Source: a bacterium
GTDB lineage: Bacteria; Patescibacteriota; Patescibacteriia; UBA9570
Direction of reading: 5' to 3'
Assembly (NCBI GenBank): GCA_030698395.1
Contig: JAUYKW010000026.1
Location: forward strand, 12,797-76,796
DNA length: 64,000 bases
Position numbers and translations under genes: made by a program. Shown in pieces: positions 8,614 to 18,628 of the stretch (positions are counted from its first letter, which is position 1; every line of letters begins with the position of its first letter). Below the pieces are notes generated by a model that worked only from the letters and a program-made list of their open reading frames with translations, did not search any database and had not been told where the DNA came from.

Positions 8614-9540
8614 ATGACTGTAAATAAATTAATTATAGAATTTCTAGAATACTTAGAAATTGAGCGCAATCGTTCTGCTCAAACTATTAAAAATTATGAT
8701 TATTACCTGAAAAGGTTCCTAAAACTTTCAAAAGTTAAAACTCCGCAAGATATTACTCAAGATAAGGTAAGAAAATATCGTCTACAATTAAACCGTATCA
8801 CCAACCCAAATACAGGAGAACCTCTTAAGAAAAAAACTCAAAATTATCACATGATTGCACTGCGAGCTTTTCTAAAGTATCTCGCTAAACGAGATATCAA
8901 ATCAATGGCAGCAGAAAAAATTGAATTAGCCAAACAAGAAGATCGTCAAATCGAATTTCTAGATGGTAGTGAACTTGAACGACTACTAGAAGCTCCACTT
9001 CAAGTAAAAGGTAATGAAATTATAAAATTACGAAATAAAGCAATCTTAGAACTGTTATTTTCTACAGGATTACGTGTTTCAGAATTAGCGCATTTAAAAA
9101 TTTCTGATATCAATTTAAAACGCGAAGAATTCTCTGTGCGTGGTAAAGGCGGTAAAGTAAGAATAGTATTTTTATCCGAACAAGCCAGATACTGGCTAAA
9201 AAAATATCTAGATAAAAGAACTGATATTTCGCCATACATGTTCGTTGCCCATGATCGCGCTCAATCAGCTCGTGAACAAACTGATAGCGCACCAATTACA
9301 TCACGATCCATTGAGCGTATGGTGAGTAAATATGCTAGAGTTGCCGGCATTATGAAAAAAATCACTCCACATACACTACGTCATAGTTATGCTACTGATC
9401 TACTACGTAATGGCGCAGATATTCGATCTGTTCAAAGTATGCTGGGTCACTCTTCTATTACCACAACTCAAGTTTATACTCACGTTACGGATCAACAATT
9501 AAAAAAGATCTATAAAAAATTCCACAACAAGAAGACATAG
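8614..9540 (+). CDS. XerC/XerD-family tyrosine recombinase
   Basis: TGLRVSEL, GKGGKVR, PHTLRHSYAT, LGHSSITTTQVYTHV; SAM-like N-terminal domain. Confidence 0.92.
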   Translation: MTVNKLIIEFLEYLEIERNRSAQTIKNYDYYLKRFLKLSKVKTPQDITQDKVRKYRLQLNRITNPNTGEPLKKKTQNYHMIALRAFLKYLAKRDIKSMAAEKIELAKQEDRQIEFLDGSELERLLEAPLQVKGNEIIKLRNKAILELLFSTGLRVSELAHLKISDINLKREEFSVRGKGGKVRIVFLSEQARYWLKKYLDKRTDISPYMFVAHDRAQSAREQTDSAPITSRSIERMVSKYARVAGIMKKITPHTLRHSYATDLLRNGADIRSVQSMLGHSSITTTQVYTHVTDQQLKKIYKKFHNKKT

Positions 9541-9560
9541 AAAATCGTAGCTTGTTTTCT

Positions 9561-11303
9561 TTATAAAGTTTGGAGATAACGCAAAGCTTTATTTCCACCC
9601 ACTTTAAACCTGCCATCACCAGAACTTTTTAACACATTGCTTTTTTGAAAAATCTTTACTCGCATTTGCCCCACTCCTGTTAAATCCAAAAGTAAACTTT
9701 TCGCACGTTGAGTATTCCAATATGCGTACATATCATAATGGCCTTTATGAAATCTATACAAATATGCATCCGCTATTTTAGACGCATATAATTCATCTAT
9801 ATAAACCGTACCCTCTTCCAAGCTACCGTCTGCATCATCCAAAATAAATGAATCGAATGTTAATGGATAATCTAACTTACCGTCGTTATTACCGCCCCAA
9901 CTTCCTTGATAATTCTTAAGTTGGATTGTATAGAACAACCATTCTTTTGGCATGTATCCTAAGTTGTATTGAAATGTTTCACCTTTATTATCAGTTATTC
10001 TAACTCTTAAAGTTGTATCATCATTATCTCCCTTTACTTTAAATTGCAAAGCTTTAATCCTTCCTGGCAACTGCTTCTGTAATGCAATCGGAGCATAACA
10101 ATTACCATTTCCTGTAAAATTATAGTACACCTTCATTGTGCCTCCATCATGATCATCTAGAGCTCCACTAGTACATTCAGTTTCAGAAAAATGCCATCCC
10201 TTGCTGGAAACAAAATTATCAATAATTCTATATTCTGGTAAATTCATTCCTTCAAAGTACTTTCTATTCAAATTACGTTGCATAAATTTGTAGGCATGAT
10301 ATGCAGGCTTAGGTTTATACTCATGATCCACTAATCCAAATTGAGATTCTAAATAGGACTCATCCGCAGAAGAATCTGTCATGGTGTACCAAAATACTTT
10401 TTTTACATTTGGAATAGATAGTGCAATAGTGTAAAATCGCATTAAATATTTAGCCTGCATATTCTCTGTGATACCTCCAGAATAAGTTGTCCATCCAGCT
10501 TCCGTAATCCAAATTGGTGTATCAGTAAAACCGTGTTTATTCATTACTGCCTTAACATTATAAATGTCTACATATAACGGATTCAATCCAGCACCAGTAC
10601 GCTCTGGCATATAGTTAAAATTTCCATCGATAGTTCGGTAAGGATGTATAGCCACAACTTCAATATCCGATTTATCATCTACTTCTGAAAAAAATTCATC
10701 TAACCAAACAGCATCTGCTCCTGATACACCACCCAAAATTACTTTTGCATCTGGATTGGCAGATTTGATTTCATCTACTGCTGAAGAATAATAGGTTGCG
10801 TACTCTTTCAAGCTACCTTTCCAAAAACCTTCATGATTTGGCTCATTCCAGATCTCCCATGTATCAACAGATCCAGCATAATGCTCTGCAACTTTACCAA
10901 CGTAATCTTTCCAAGCATCTAAATCTGGCGGATAAAATTCTGAATCTGATGCGCCCGGATTTGTTGATGCCCACGAACTACTATATGTTAATAATCCTAA
11001 CATCTCAATATTTTTGTCCTGATACGCTTGAAGCACATTATCATAAGTAGTCCAATTATAATTACCGTCAGATGGTTCTATAACATCCCAATTAAATTGC
11101 TCTCTACCCCACTGAGCTCCTGTAGCCTCTACCTTTCCCAATACTGTATCCCAATCCGCCTCATCAACTCGCTCTCGCAAATGAACATTCACGCCAAAAG
11201 CATCTTTGATTCTATCTGAATTCGCTGAAGCAATGCCTGGCATAAATAGTATGCTAAATAACATACCTATAAATACTGGGGCTATGATAGATTTTATGCG
11301 CAT
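9561..11303 (-). CDS. Secreted glycoside hydrolase (GH-A clan, GH39/GH5-like) with C-terminal carbohydrate-binding-like domain
   Basis: Signal peptide, WEIWNEPN acid/base, AIHPY, IWITEAGW nucleophile. Confidence 0.8.
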   Translation of the reverse strand: MRIKSIIAPVFIGMLFSILFMPGIASANSDRIKDAFGVNVHLRERVDEADWDTVLGKVEATGAQWGREQFNWDVIEPSDGNYNWTTYDNVLQAYQDKNIEMLGLLTYSSSWASTNPGASDSEFYPPDLDAWKDYVGKVAEHYAGSVDTWEIWNEPNHEGFWKGSLKEYATYYSSAVDEIKSANPDAKVILGGVSGADAVWLDEFFSEVDDKSDIEVVAIHPYRTIDGNFNYMPERTGAGLNPLYVDIYNVKAVMNKHGFTDTPIWITEAGWTTYSGGITENMQAKYLMRFYTIALSIPNVKKVFWYTMTDSSADESYLESQFGLVDHEYKPKPAYHAYKFMQRNLNRKYFEGMNLPEYRIIDNFVSSKGWHFSETECTSGALDDHDGGTMKVYYNFTGNGNCYAPIALQKQLPGRIKALQFKVKGDNDDTTLRVRITDNKGETFQYNLGYMPKEWLFYTIQLKNYQGSWGGNNDGKLDYPLTFDSFILDDADGSLEEGTVYIDELYASKIADAYLYRFHKGHYDMYAYWNTQRAKSLLLDLTGVGQMRVKIFQKSNVLKSSGDGRFKVGGNKALRYLQTL

Positions 11304-11307
11304 AATT

Positions 11308-12726
11308 TTAATCTTTATAAGCATTTAAGTCTGCTAATGCAGAACGATACTCCTTCATAATAGCACGAGCATCACTTTCTGACATCTCTTTAAAATCATC
11401 TACCAAAGCTTCTGCTCGGCTAGTTAAAAACTCAGCAGTATTTCGTTTTGGATCTTCCAATACTTCATCCAACAAACGATGGAGCACAACACCTATTTTT
11501 GCACCTGGCTTCATGCCATATTTCTTCATTAATTCATTGCCATCAATAGCTAACATGCTAGTTGATATTGGATCTTTCTGAACATGTTCTATTCTTTGCT
11601 CTAGCTCTATTAATTTGTAAGGTTTTTCTTTGTACACGCCAGACCCCATACGATCGGCAATTCTAACTGCCATTAAATCTTCTAAATGTTCCACACCAAC
11701 ACGCTGTAACAATCGTCTAACTCCAGCATCAGTAATTTCACCAACATTGTAATAAAACATATGATGTTTAACTAAATGAAAAATTCTCTTAATATCGTTA
11801 TTAGAAAAATTCATCCGTCGCATAATTTGGCGGGCAATTTTTGCACTAACATGTTCGTGTTGATAGAAAGTTGCATCCCTCCCAGATCCCTCCTTCACTT
11901 CAGGCTTGCCAATATCATGAAATAAAGAAGCAAGTCGTACCTGCCAATCATCAGAGGGACAAAACTGCATGGCTAACAAGTTATGAGAGAAAACAGTATA
12001 AATATGATGCAAGTTCTGTTCTACACCAACGCAATTTTCTAACTCTGGTATGATAATTGCTAATAACCCACTAGTATGGAGCTGCCAAAAAGCTTTGTAT
12101 GAATCATCCGTAGAAACCATTTTAATAATCTCGTCCCGAATACGCTCTTGAGAAACATGTTTGATAAGTTCTGTATTTTTTACAATTGCCTGCCAAGTTT
12201 CTGCTTCAATGGCAAAACCTAACTGGCTACTAAAACGAATCGCGCGCAACATTCTTAAAGCATCTTCTTGAAATCGTTCATTTGCATCACCAACTGCGCG
12301 GATTAATTCTTTATCAATATCCAAAATGCCGGCAAATTTATCAACCAGCTCTTCGCCATCATAAGCAAGTGCATTAATAGTGAAATCTCTCCGTTCTACA
12401 TCTTCTTGTAATGATACGCCAAACTTCACCTCATCTGGATGACGATGATCTGTATAACCACCCTCACTTCGATATGTGGTTATTTCAATTTCAGCCTTAC
12501 CAATTTTAACTGTTACCGTACCAAAAGTATTCAAATACAGTGTTTTTGGAAAAATCTTCTGTATTTCATCCGGCAAAGCATTAGTAGTAACATCCCAATC
12601 CTTTGGTGTCCGCTGCATAATTAGATCACGCAAACAACCACCTACTACATAGGCTTGATGCTCATTTTGGTGTAATATCTGTAACACCTGTTGAACTTCT
12701 TTCGGTAAGCTGATAGTATAATCCAT
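11308..12726 (-). CDS. cca: CCA tRNA nucleotidyltransferase/poly(A) polymerase family with HD domain
   Basis: VVGGCLRD..DWDVTT, RRDFTINA, EDALRMLRA, HDIGK. Confidence 0.9.
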   Translation of the reverse strand: MDYTISLPKEVQQVLQILHQNEHQAYVVGGCLRDLIMQRTPKDWDVTTNALPDEIQKIFPKTLYLNTFGTVTVKIGKAEIEITTYRSEGGYTDHRHPDEVKFGVSLQEDVERRDFTINALAYDGEELVDKFAGILDIDKELIRAVGDANERFQEDALRMLRAIRFSSQLGFAIEAETWQAIVKNTELIKHVSQERIRDEIIKMVSTDDSYKAFWQLHTSGLLAIIIPELENCVGVEQNLHHIYTVFSHNLLAMQFCPSDDWQVRLASLFHDIGKPEVKEGSGRDATFYQHEHVSAKIARQIMRRMNFSNNDIKRIFHLVKHHMFYYNVGEITDAGVRRLLQRVGVEHLEDLMAVRIADRMGSGVYKEKPYKLIELEQRIEHVQKDPISTSMLAIDGNELMKKYGMKPGAKIGVVLHRLLDEVLEDPKRNTAEFLTSRAEALVDDFKEMSESDARAIMKEYRSALADLNAYKD

Positions 12727-12749
12727 ACTGTTATTACAGTATCACGTCG

Positions 12750-12821
12750 GTCCCTGTAGTTCAACGGATAGAACAACGGCCTTCTAAGCCGTGGATGTAG
12801 GTTCGATTCCTGCCGGGGACA
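12750..12821 (+). tRNA. tRNA-Arg(TCT), CCA not encoded
   Basis: GTCCCTG/CGGGGAC acceptor stem, ACGGC-ctTCTaa-GCCGT anticodon arm, GTTCGA T-loop. Confidence 0.93.
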
Positions 12822-13032
12822 CAATTAGAAATCAACACAATATAAAATCTCTATTCAGAGCATTCAAAAAACTGGATAAAAAATGGCAAAATATTGCATA
12901 ATATCAATTCTTTTGTTAAAATATTTTAGCTCTTTTTATTGTAAATCAATCTGGAAACAGAAACTAGAAAAGGTTAAATTAAAGCATGATACGACTTATC
13001 GTGGTATAAATATAGTCAGACAAAACTTCTTA

Positions 13033-13244
13033 AGTTCGTAGCCGAACAGAAAGGCAATTGAATAATTCTCAATGGCAATTCCGTTCAGTTTCGAACTACT
13101 AAGTAAGATTCTGATTTTGACAGGGTAGCTTCTGAACAAGTTCTTGAAAACTCGAAATTGAACAGACAAGTAGCTAGTTAATAACACTAAGGCTTATCCG
13201 TTCAGTTTCGATCGATGTGAGAAACTGTTCGTGACAGGGTAGCT
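13033..13244 (+). repeat. Degenerate ~115-bp tandem duplication of a hairpin plus the tRNA-Met 5' end
   Basis: TCCGTTCAGTTTCGA at 13080 and 13197; TGACAGGGTAGCT at 13118 and 13232. Confidence 0.75.
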
Positions 13245-13309
13245 CAGCTGGTTAGAGCGCGGGACTCATAAGCCCGAGGTCGAGGGTTCAATCCCCTCTC
13301 CTGTCACCA
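13233..13309 (+). tRNA. tRNA with CAT anticodon (elongator Met or Ile2), CCA encoded
   Basis: GACAGGG/TCCTGTC stem, ctCATaa loop; the G1-C72 pair argues against an initiator tRNA. Confidence 0.9.
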
Positions 13310-13310
13310 T

Positions 13311-13386
13311 GGTGGGCGTGGCGCAGTGGTAGCGCAGCGGCTTGTGGTGCCGTTGGTCGGGGGTTCGAATCCCCTCGTTCACCCCA
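13311..13386 (+). tRNA. tRNA-His(GTG) with G-1 and CCA
   Basis: GCGGC-ttGTGgt-GCCGT anticodon arm, G-1:C73. Confidence 0.93.
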
Positions 13387-13393
13387 AATATTT

Positions 13394-13423
13394 AAACCAA
13401 CCTTTTTGGTTGGTTTTTATTTT
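13394..13423 (+). terminator. Intrinsic terminator after the tRNA pair
   Basis: AAACCAACC-ttttt-GGTTGGTTT followed by a T-tract. Confidence 0.75.
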
Positions 13424-13476
13424 GCAACCAGATTGGTAACAATAGATAAGAGTAATTAATAATTATTCATCTATGA

Positions 13477-14586
13477 ATGAGCCAAGAAAAAACAAATAGT
13501 AATGGCAGAGGCATATTGCCATCAGCATCAGTTTTACAAAAACTAGTTGTAGAATTCACAATTCGCGAACGTTGGTTTTTAGTAATTATTTTAGTTGGCT
13601 TAACTCTTGCTGGAGTTGCGCTTAGACTACCTCTAGGATTTACCATGGCAATTGGATTTATTTTTGCCAGTTATCCTGTAATTGCAAATGATTCAATCCA
13701 AACCCTCGGAACATTTATTGCATCCAACCGTGACGTTGCTTGGTGGAAAAAATGGCTCTTTATGGGCGGAATATTTATTATCACCATGGTTTTTTCATGG
13801 ATAATGTTCGACGGTGATCTTTCCTTTCAACGCCTAGCATCAAAAGGATTTAATGAAACACCTACTGCATTTCACTATCTACAAATCATCGCTCCTCTAG
13901 CATTGCTTGTATTAACACGATTACGGATTCCAGTTTCAACTAGCTTACTAATTCTTACTGCTTTTGCCACAGAAGCTAGTGCAATTCAAAAGGTTGTAAT
14001 GAAAAGTCTTAATGGATATGTATTAGCTTTTGTTGGTGCAGTTATTCTTTGGGGATTAATTACAAGATTAGAAGAAAAATTATTTACATCTCCTGCTAAA
14101 CCATATTGGCGTTGGTTACAATGGATTACGACTGGCATACTATGGTCTTTTTGGTGGCAACAGGATGCAGCCAATATAGCAGTTTACCTCCCACGACAAA
14201 TACCTCTGATAGGACTAATTGGATTTTTAGCTGTAATATTTTTTGGGCTTGGTTTGCTAATGAAAAAAGGAGGTGAACGCATTCAACAAATTGTTGAAGA
14301 AAAAAGTTACATAGTTGATATTCGTTCTGCAACAATAATTGACGCTCTCTACGCTGTAATTCTATGGTATTTTAAAGTTATTAGTAATATCCCAATGAGT
14401 ACAACCTGGGTATTTCTAGGACTACTTGCTGGAAGAGAATTAATGATCGCACTGCGTAGTAAACGAAAAGGCAAGAGATCTTTTTGGTCTGCTGGAAGAA
14501 TTATTGCTTTAGATGCAGTCGCGGCAACAATTGGCTTAATTATCAGCTTGATTATTGGAGCAAGTGTAAACGGAATTTCGTTTTAA
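13477..14586 (+). CDS. Polytopic membrane protein, PiT/PHO4-like transporter
   Basis: IANDSIQTLGTF and repeated IPVSTS/IPMSTT motifs. Confidence 0.6.
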   Translation: MSQEKTNSNGRGILPSASVLQKLVVEFTIRERWFLVIILVGLTLAGVALRLPLGFTMAIGFIFASYPVIANDSIQTLGTFIASNRDVAWWKKWLFMGGIFIITMVFSWIMFDGDLSFQRLASKGFNETPTAFHYLQIIAPLALLVLTRLRIPVSTSLLILTAFATEASAIQKVVMKSLNGYVLAFVGAVILWGLITRLEEKLFTSPAKPYWRWLQWITTGILWSFWWQQDAANIAVYLPRQIPLIGLIGFLAVIFFGLGLLMKKGGERIQQIVEEKSYIVDIRSATIIDALYAVILWYFKVISNIPMSTTWVFLGLLAGRELMIALRSKRKGKRSFWSAGRIIALDAVAATIGLIISLIIGASVNGISF

Positions 14587-14674
14587 GAAATAATTCAAAC
14601 AAGACATGTAAGTAATTATTGATATTTTTTGAATCTGACAATATTTAGAACTTCTGATAAAATAATAAATACAT

Positions 14675-15121
14675 ATGAAATTAATAATCAGAAAAATCAG
14701 AACCATTGATCACCCAGAGGTAATCAATCTAATTAAGGCCTTTTATCGAGAAGATACCGAGGGTTTGCCTACAAATATCCGAAAAATTCGAAAAACTTTT
14801 CGCCATTTACAAAATTCTCGGCGCGGAGAAATTATTGTGGCAAAAATGAATAATAAAGTTGTGGCATATTCTATTCTGGCGAATTATTGGAGTAATGAAT
14901 ATGGTGGTAACATTCTGCACATCGACGAACTATATGTTGCAGCAGACTATCGTAGCCATGGCATCGGAACGCGAATGTTAAAGTATATCAAGAAAGAATA
15001 CGGACAAGATGCCAAAGCTCTAATGCTGGAAGTAATACCCTCAAATACCCGAGCAGAACATCTATATAATAAAATGGGCTTTAAGCCTGTGCGCAATAAA
15101 TTCTTCATCCAAAAAATTTAG
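14675..15121 (+). CDS. GNAT acetyltransferase
   Basis: LYVAADYRSHGIG, NTRAEHLYNKMGF. Confidence 0.88.
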   Translation: MKLIIRKIRTIDHPEVINLIKAFYREDTEGLPTNIRKIRKTFRHLQNSRRGEIIVAKMNNKVVAYSILANYWSNEYGGNILHIDELYVAADYRSHGIGTRMLKYIKKEYGQDAKALMLEVIPSNTRAEHLYNKMGFKPVRNKFFIQKI

Positions 15122-15204
15122 AATAACAAAATACACCTAGTATATATCTCCTCTAATCTAGCTTATAGAAAAAAATTGAAATCAATCGATACAAAATATT
15201 AATA

Positions 15205-15525
15205 ATGTTACTAGTAGTTACTGGTGTTTTTTGGTTCATTAACTCAATACTCTTCTTACTTACTTCAAATGTTGATTCAACTTTAACTAAATATATTGTC
15301 TCTCTATTGTTACTTATAAATAGTGCTGGATTTTTTTTGTTACTTTACGGATTCCTGACGCGAAAAAGTTGGACTAATATATCAGCAATTGTTTTCTTGT
15401 TACTTAACATCGTACTTACGATAACAAATGATTTCGGCATGGCAGATTTTGGAATCATCATTATCTATGCAATTACTCTTATTATCTTTATAATGAATAT
15501 TAAATCAGTTACCAAAAAAAAATGA
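15205..15525 (+). CDS. Small multi-TM hypothetical protein
   Basis: Four hydrophobic segments. Confidence 0.6.
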   Translation: MLLVVTGVFWFINSILFLLTSNVDSTLTKYIVSLLLLINSAGFFLLLYGFLTRKSWTNISAIVFLLLNIVLTITNDFGMADFGIIIIYAITLIIFIMNIKSVTKKK

Positions 15526-16076
15526 CACCTCCTCACATCCAATGCAGTAATAGAAAAATTCTCTATTGGGAATTAATAGGAATAGTTTTTTTAGTTTGCG
15601 TCGGTTCGCTACTACATTTTACTTATGCTTGGTCTGATTATTCTCCGTTCGTTGGATTGTTCAGTTCTGTAAATGAAAGTGTTTGGGAACATCTTAAACT
15701 AGGCTTCACATCTCTAGTTATTTTTTCACTGATAGAGTTTTGGTTCATAAAAAAAGATGCGCAGAATTTTTTCCTTGCCAAAGCTGTTGGAATTCTATAC
15801 TTACAGCTATTTATTGTTATATTTTTTTACGGATATACTTTTCTAACCGGCACCGAAATTTTATTGGTTGATATATTATCTTATATAGTAGGCTGTATCA
15901 TCTGTCAGCTAGTTAGTTTTAGGATACTTATCAATAAAAAATTGCCTGAATCTTGGAATATTGCTGGAATGGTATTCCTCTTCTTGCATGCAATTATTTT
16001 AATGATGTTTACTTTCTATTCACCGGAATTACCGATCATCAAAAATCCTCATGCCGATGCTTATGGTACCACTTAG
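15522..16076 (+). CDS. Conserved membrane protein (DUF6512-like)
   Basis: LHFTYAWS...NESVWEHLKL motif. Confidence 0.65.
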   Translation: MTPPHIQCSNRKILYWELIGIVFLVCVGSLLHFTYAWSDYSPFVGLFSSVNESVWEHLKLGFTSLVIFSLIEFWFIKKDAQNFFLAKAVGILYLQLFIVIFFYGYTFLTGTEILLVDILSYIVGCIICQLVSFRILINKKLPESWNIAGMVFLFLHAIILMMFTFYSPELPIIKNPHADAYGTT

Positions 16077-16180
16077 GATTACATGCCGAGTGATAATGAT
16101 CAGGATCACTCATAATCAATAAAAAGAGCCGGCGATTAACCGACTCTTCACTTCTATATGGATTCGAAGCTTTTTAAATT

Positions 16181-16564
16181 TTAGGCGTCCATCATGAACC
16201 TTGCTCCATGGTGTCGCATTCCCTTATTGCCAAATGGATGCTCTCCAGATTTCATCTTTTCGAACCTATCTTCATTAATACTATCATTCATATTGTCAAA
16301 CATCTCTTGATTTCGTGTTTGCATCAACTCAACCCAAGCATCATAATTATCCTCATCTAGAACTTTCCTCATTTCCTCCATGTGCGTCTGATGCTCTGCT
16401 TTGTTTTCTTCTATTTGCTGTTGCTGTTCCACAGATAAATCCTCAAACGCTGGCTTGTCTCCATCAAAACCATGGGCATAAGCAGATGTGATTCCAGCTG
16501 TAAGAGCTAATCCTAAAGCGCTCGCTATTAAAGGTACATGTTTCTTGGACAAAATTTTCTTCAT
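16181..16564 (-). CDS. Secreted helical protein, putative ECF-regulon member
   Basis: Signal peptide ending AYA; upstream ECF promoter copy. Confidence 0.7.
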   Translation of the reverse strand: MKKILSKKHVPLIASALGLALTAGITSAYAHGFDGDKPAFEDLSVEQQQQIEENKAEHQTHMEEMRKVLDEDNYDAWVELMQTRNQEMFDNMNDSINEDRFEKMKSGEHPFGNKGMRHHGARFMMDA

Positions 16565-16612
16565 ATATTATTTACTTGTTATTATTTAGTTTAGCAGCTG
16601 CTCACTTAGAAG

Positions 16613-16640
16613 ATACGCAACTAGCGACTAAATTCTTTCA
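16613..16640 (-). promoter_or_regulatory. ECF-sigma promoter copy 2 (TGAAAG-N17-CGTA)
   Basis: TGAAAGAAtttagtcgctaGTTGCGTAT. Confidence 0.7.
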
Positions 16641-17379
16641 TTAACTGTTTACCCTGTTTGTATGGCTTGTGTGGAAAAAAATCATCACTATCCTCACGTA
16701 ATCTTATTTTAGTTGCTCTAAATATATATTCATCTTCTTGTTCTCCAATCATCCGCGCAAACATATCTGCATGTGGATCTCCTCTAACATCTGCACCCTC
16801 TATTACAATTATCTCCCACTCCTCTCCATAAATATCTTTTATCTGAAAATTCATCCCATCACTCGTTTCTATGATCATTCCAACTAACATTCCATCATCC
16901 GGATTCATCCAAAGCTCTGGTTTAGGTGCGGCCAATCTTAATAACGATGAATCGGATTGTAATAATAACCGTTCACTCATTCTTGCTACACCAGCTAAAT
17001 GAAGAATTACGCCTAACATTAATGTTAAAGATAGTAGCACCATGAAGAAAACCGAAAATCTATAATGATATCCCTTCTCTGTATGAACAATATTGTAATA
17101 AATAATACCAGCCAATATTGCTAGTAGCACCACCCAAAAATACGGCATCATAGACATAACATACCGGAATGTTCCAAACTCTGCTTCTCTTATAAAATCT
17201 AAATCACTAGTAGCAAAACGATGAATAATAACCGATACGGCTAAACCACCAACAATCACAGATACTCCAGCAGTTGACCACAAAACATACTCCTTCAATA
17301 AAAAGTTCCACCGTGGTTTCGGAGTTATATTTTCTTCTTGAATCTTATCTAAGATTTTTTTCTGAATATCGTCGATCAT
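16621..17379 (-). CDS. Membrane protein coupled to the ECF sigma (putative anti-sigma)
   Basis: 4-nt overlap with the sigma gene; 3 TM helices plus an extracellular domain. Confidence 0.6.
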   Translation of the reverse strand: MIDDIQKKILDKIQEENITPKPRWNFLLKEYVLWSTAGVSVIVGGLAVSVIIHRFATSDLDFIREAEFGTFRYVMSMMPYFWVVLLAILAGIIYYNIVHTEKGYHYRFSVFFMVLLSLTLMLGVILHLAGVARMSERLLLQSDSSLLRLAAPKPELWMNPDDGMLVGMIIETSDGMNFQIKDIYGEEWEIIVIEGADVRGDPHADMFARMIGEQEDEYIFRATKIRLREDSDDFFPHKPYKQGKQLMKEFSR

Positions 17380-17957
17380 TGTTGATTTATTACTTTTTTC
17401 AATTTTTTCTTAGCTCTATTAATTAGAGTAGCTATAGTTCCTTCTGGTTTTCTTAGAATATCAGAGATTTCTTTATAACTCTTTTCTTCTAAATATTTTA
17501 ACACCAATACATCTCGATATTTAGCGTCCAATTTTTGCAATGCTGTTTGCATGTGCTCTCGTAAAATTGCTTTATCTATATCCTGTTCAATATCTGTATC
17601 ATCTTGAAACATAGAATCGTATTGTTCATCTGAGATAACCACACTATTACCATGGGGACGTGCCTTCCGCGACCTAAAATCACTAATCACTTGATTATGA
17701 GCTATTCGGTAAATCCATGATGAGAAGGGCATTTTTGGATTATAACTATTCAGATTCTGATAAGCCTTTATAAACGTCTCTTGCAAAATATCCTCAGCAT
17801 CTTCATTTGTTACATTCGTTAGTCTTCTAATATAACGCAATAAAGGCTGTTCATATTTTTCTATAATGTACTTAAAACGCTCGTTGTTTTGAACACTTTG
17901 GCTCACCAACTCTTGATCTGAATATTTCTCACTATCTGTGGAATGCATAGTGTTCAT
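17376..17957 (-). CDS. ECF RNA polymerase sigma factor (SigW-like)
   Basis: DAEDILQETFIKAY, FSSWIYRIAHN, SYKEISDIL..PEGTIATLINRAK. Confidence 0.92.
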   Translation of the reverse strand: MNTMHSTDSEKYSDQELVSQSVQNNERFKYIIEKYEQPLLRYIRRLTNVTNEDAEDILQETFIKAYQNLNSYNPKMPFSSWIYRIAHNQVISDFRSRKARPHGNSVVISDEQYDSMFQDDTDIEQDIDKAILREHMQTALQKLDAKYRDVLVLKYLEEKSYKEISDILRKPEGTIATLINRAKKKLKKVINQQ

Positions 17958-17966
17958 CTTTAAGTA

Positions 17967-17994
17967 ATACGCAACAAATACACATTTTCTTTCA
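17967..17994 (-). promoter_or_regulatory. ECF-sigma autoregulatory promoter copy 1 (TGAAAG-N17-CGTA)
   Basis: TGAAAGAAaatgtgtatttGTTGCGTAT; same arms and spacing as 16613-16640. Confidence 0.7.
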
Positions 17995-18060
17995 TTTAAT
18001 TTTTGCTAGTATTAAGTATTTAGTTTATAATATAGCTAATTAATTCATAATTACCATAGC

Positions 18061-18552
18061 ATGAAATACAACAAAACAATCATTCTGGGTATCGGCGCAC
18101 TACTTAGTGCTATAGTACTAGCTGGCGCTGCTTGTGGTACTGATGCAGATACCACTACACCAGTAACTACAACAACTGACACCGCAACAACTAAAGTAGA
18201 AGTTGCTGATACCGCAGATGCAGGATTTGATCAAACAACTCCAGAAGGAACAATAGAGCTTGTTTTCTTAGCTGCTAGCATAGGAGATATGAGTCTCGTA
18301 GCCGACCTTTGTGATCCTACAGGAGACAACGACGGTGACACTCAAGCTATTTGTGATTTAGGCACAGACGCAATAGGTGAAGCAACTGAAGATGAATTCG
18401 TACAAGTCTTTGCAGCTGGTAAAGTTACCGGAGATGCGGTAATCGAGGCAGACGAAGCAACAGTCCCATTCATGTTCGGACAAGACGGAACGGATGAGGA
18501 AACCATGACTCTGATCAACAGAGATGGTATGTGGTATCTATACAGCTTCTAA
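18061..18552 (+). CDS. Acidic lipoprotein
   Basis: Lipobox LAGAAC, Thr-rich linker. Confidence 0.7.
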   Translation: MKYNKTIILGIGALLSAIVLAGAACGTDADTTTPVTTTTDTATTKVEVADTADAGFDQTTPEGTIELVFLAASIGDMSLVADLCDPTGDNDGDTQAICDLGTDAIGEATEDEFVQVFAAGKVTGDAVIEADEATVPFMFGQDGTDEETMTLINRDGMWYLYSF

Positions 18553-18628
18553 ATACTCCTCCATAAACCTAAAAGATTGTAATCAGAGATACTCTCTAGT
18601 TGCAATCTTTTTTTATGCCAGATAAACT

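Noticed and set aside
6836-9540. Integron (IntI plus cassettes) explanation for the islets next to the tyrosine recombinase
   Set aside because: The protein looks like plain XerC/D with no evident IntI insertion. The 3' stems lack RYYYAAC/GTTRRRY attC ends, and the islets have their own promoters and mixed orientation.
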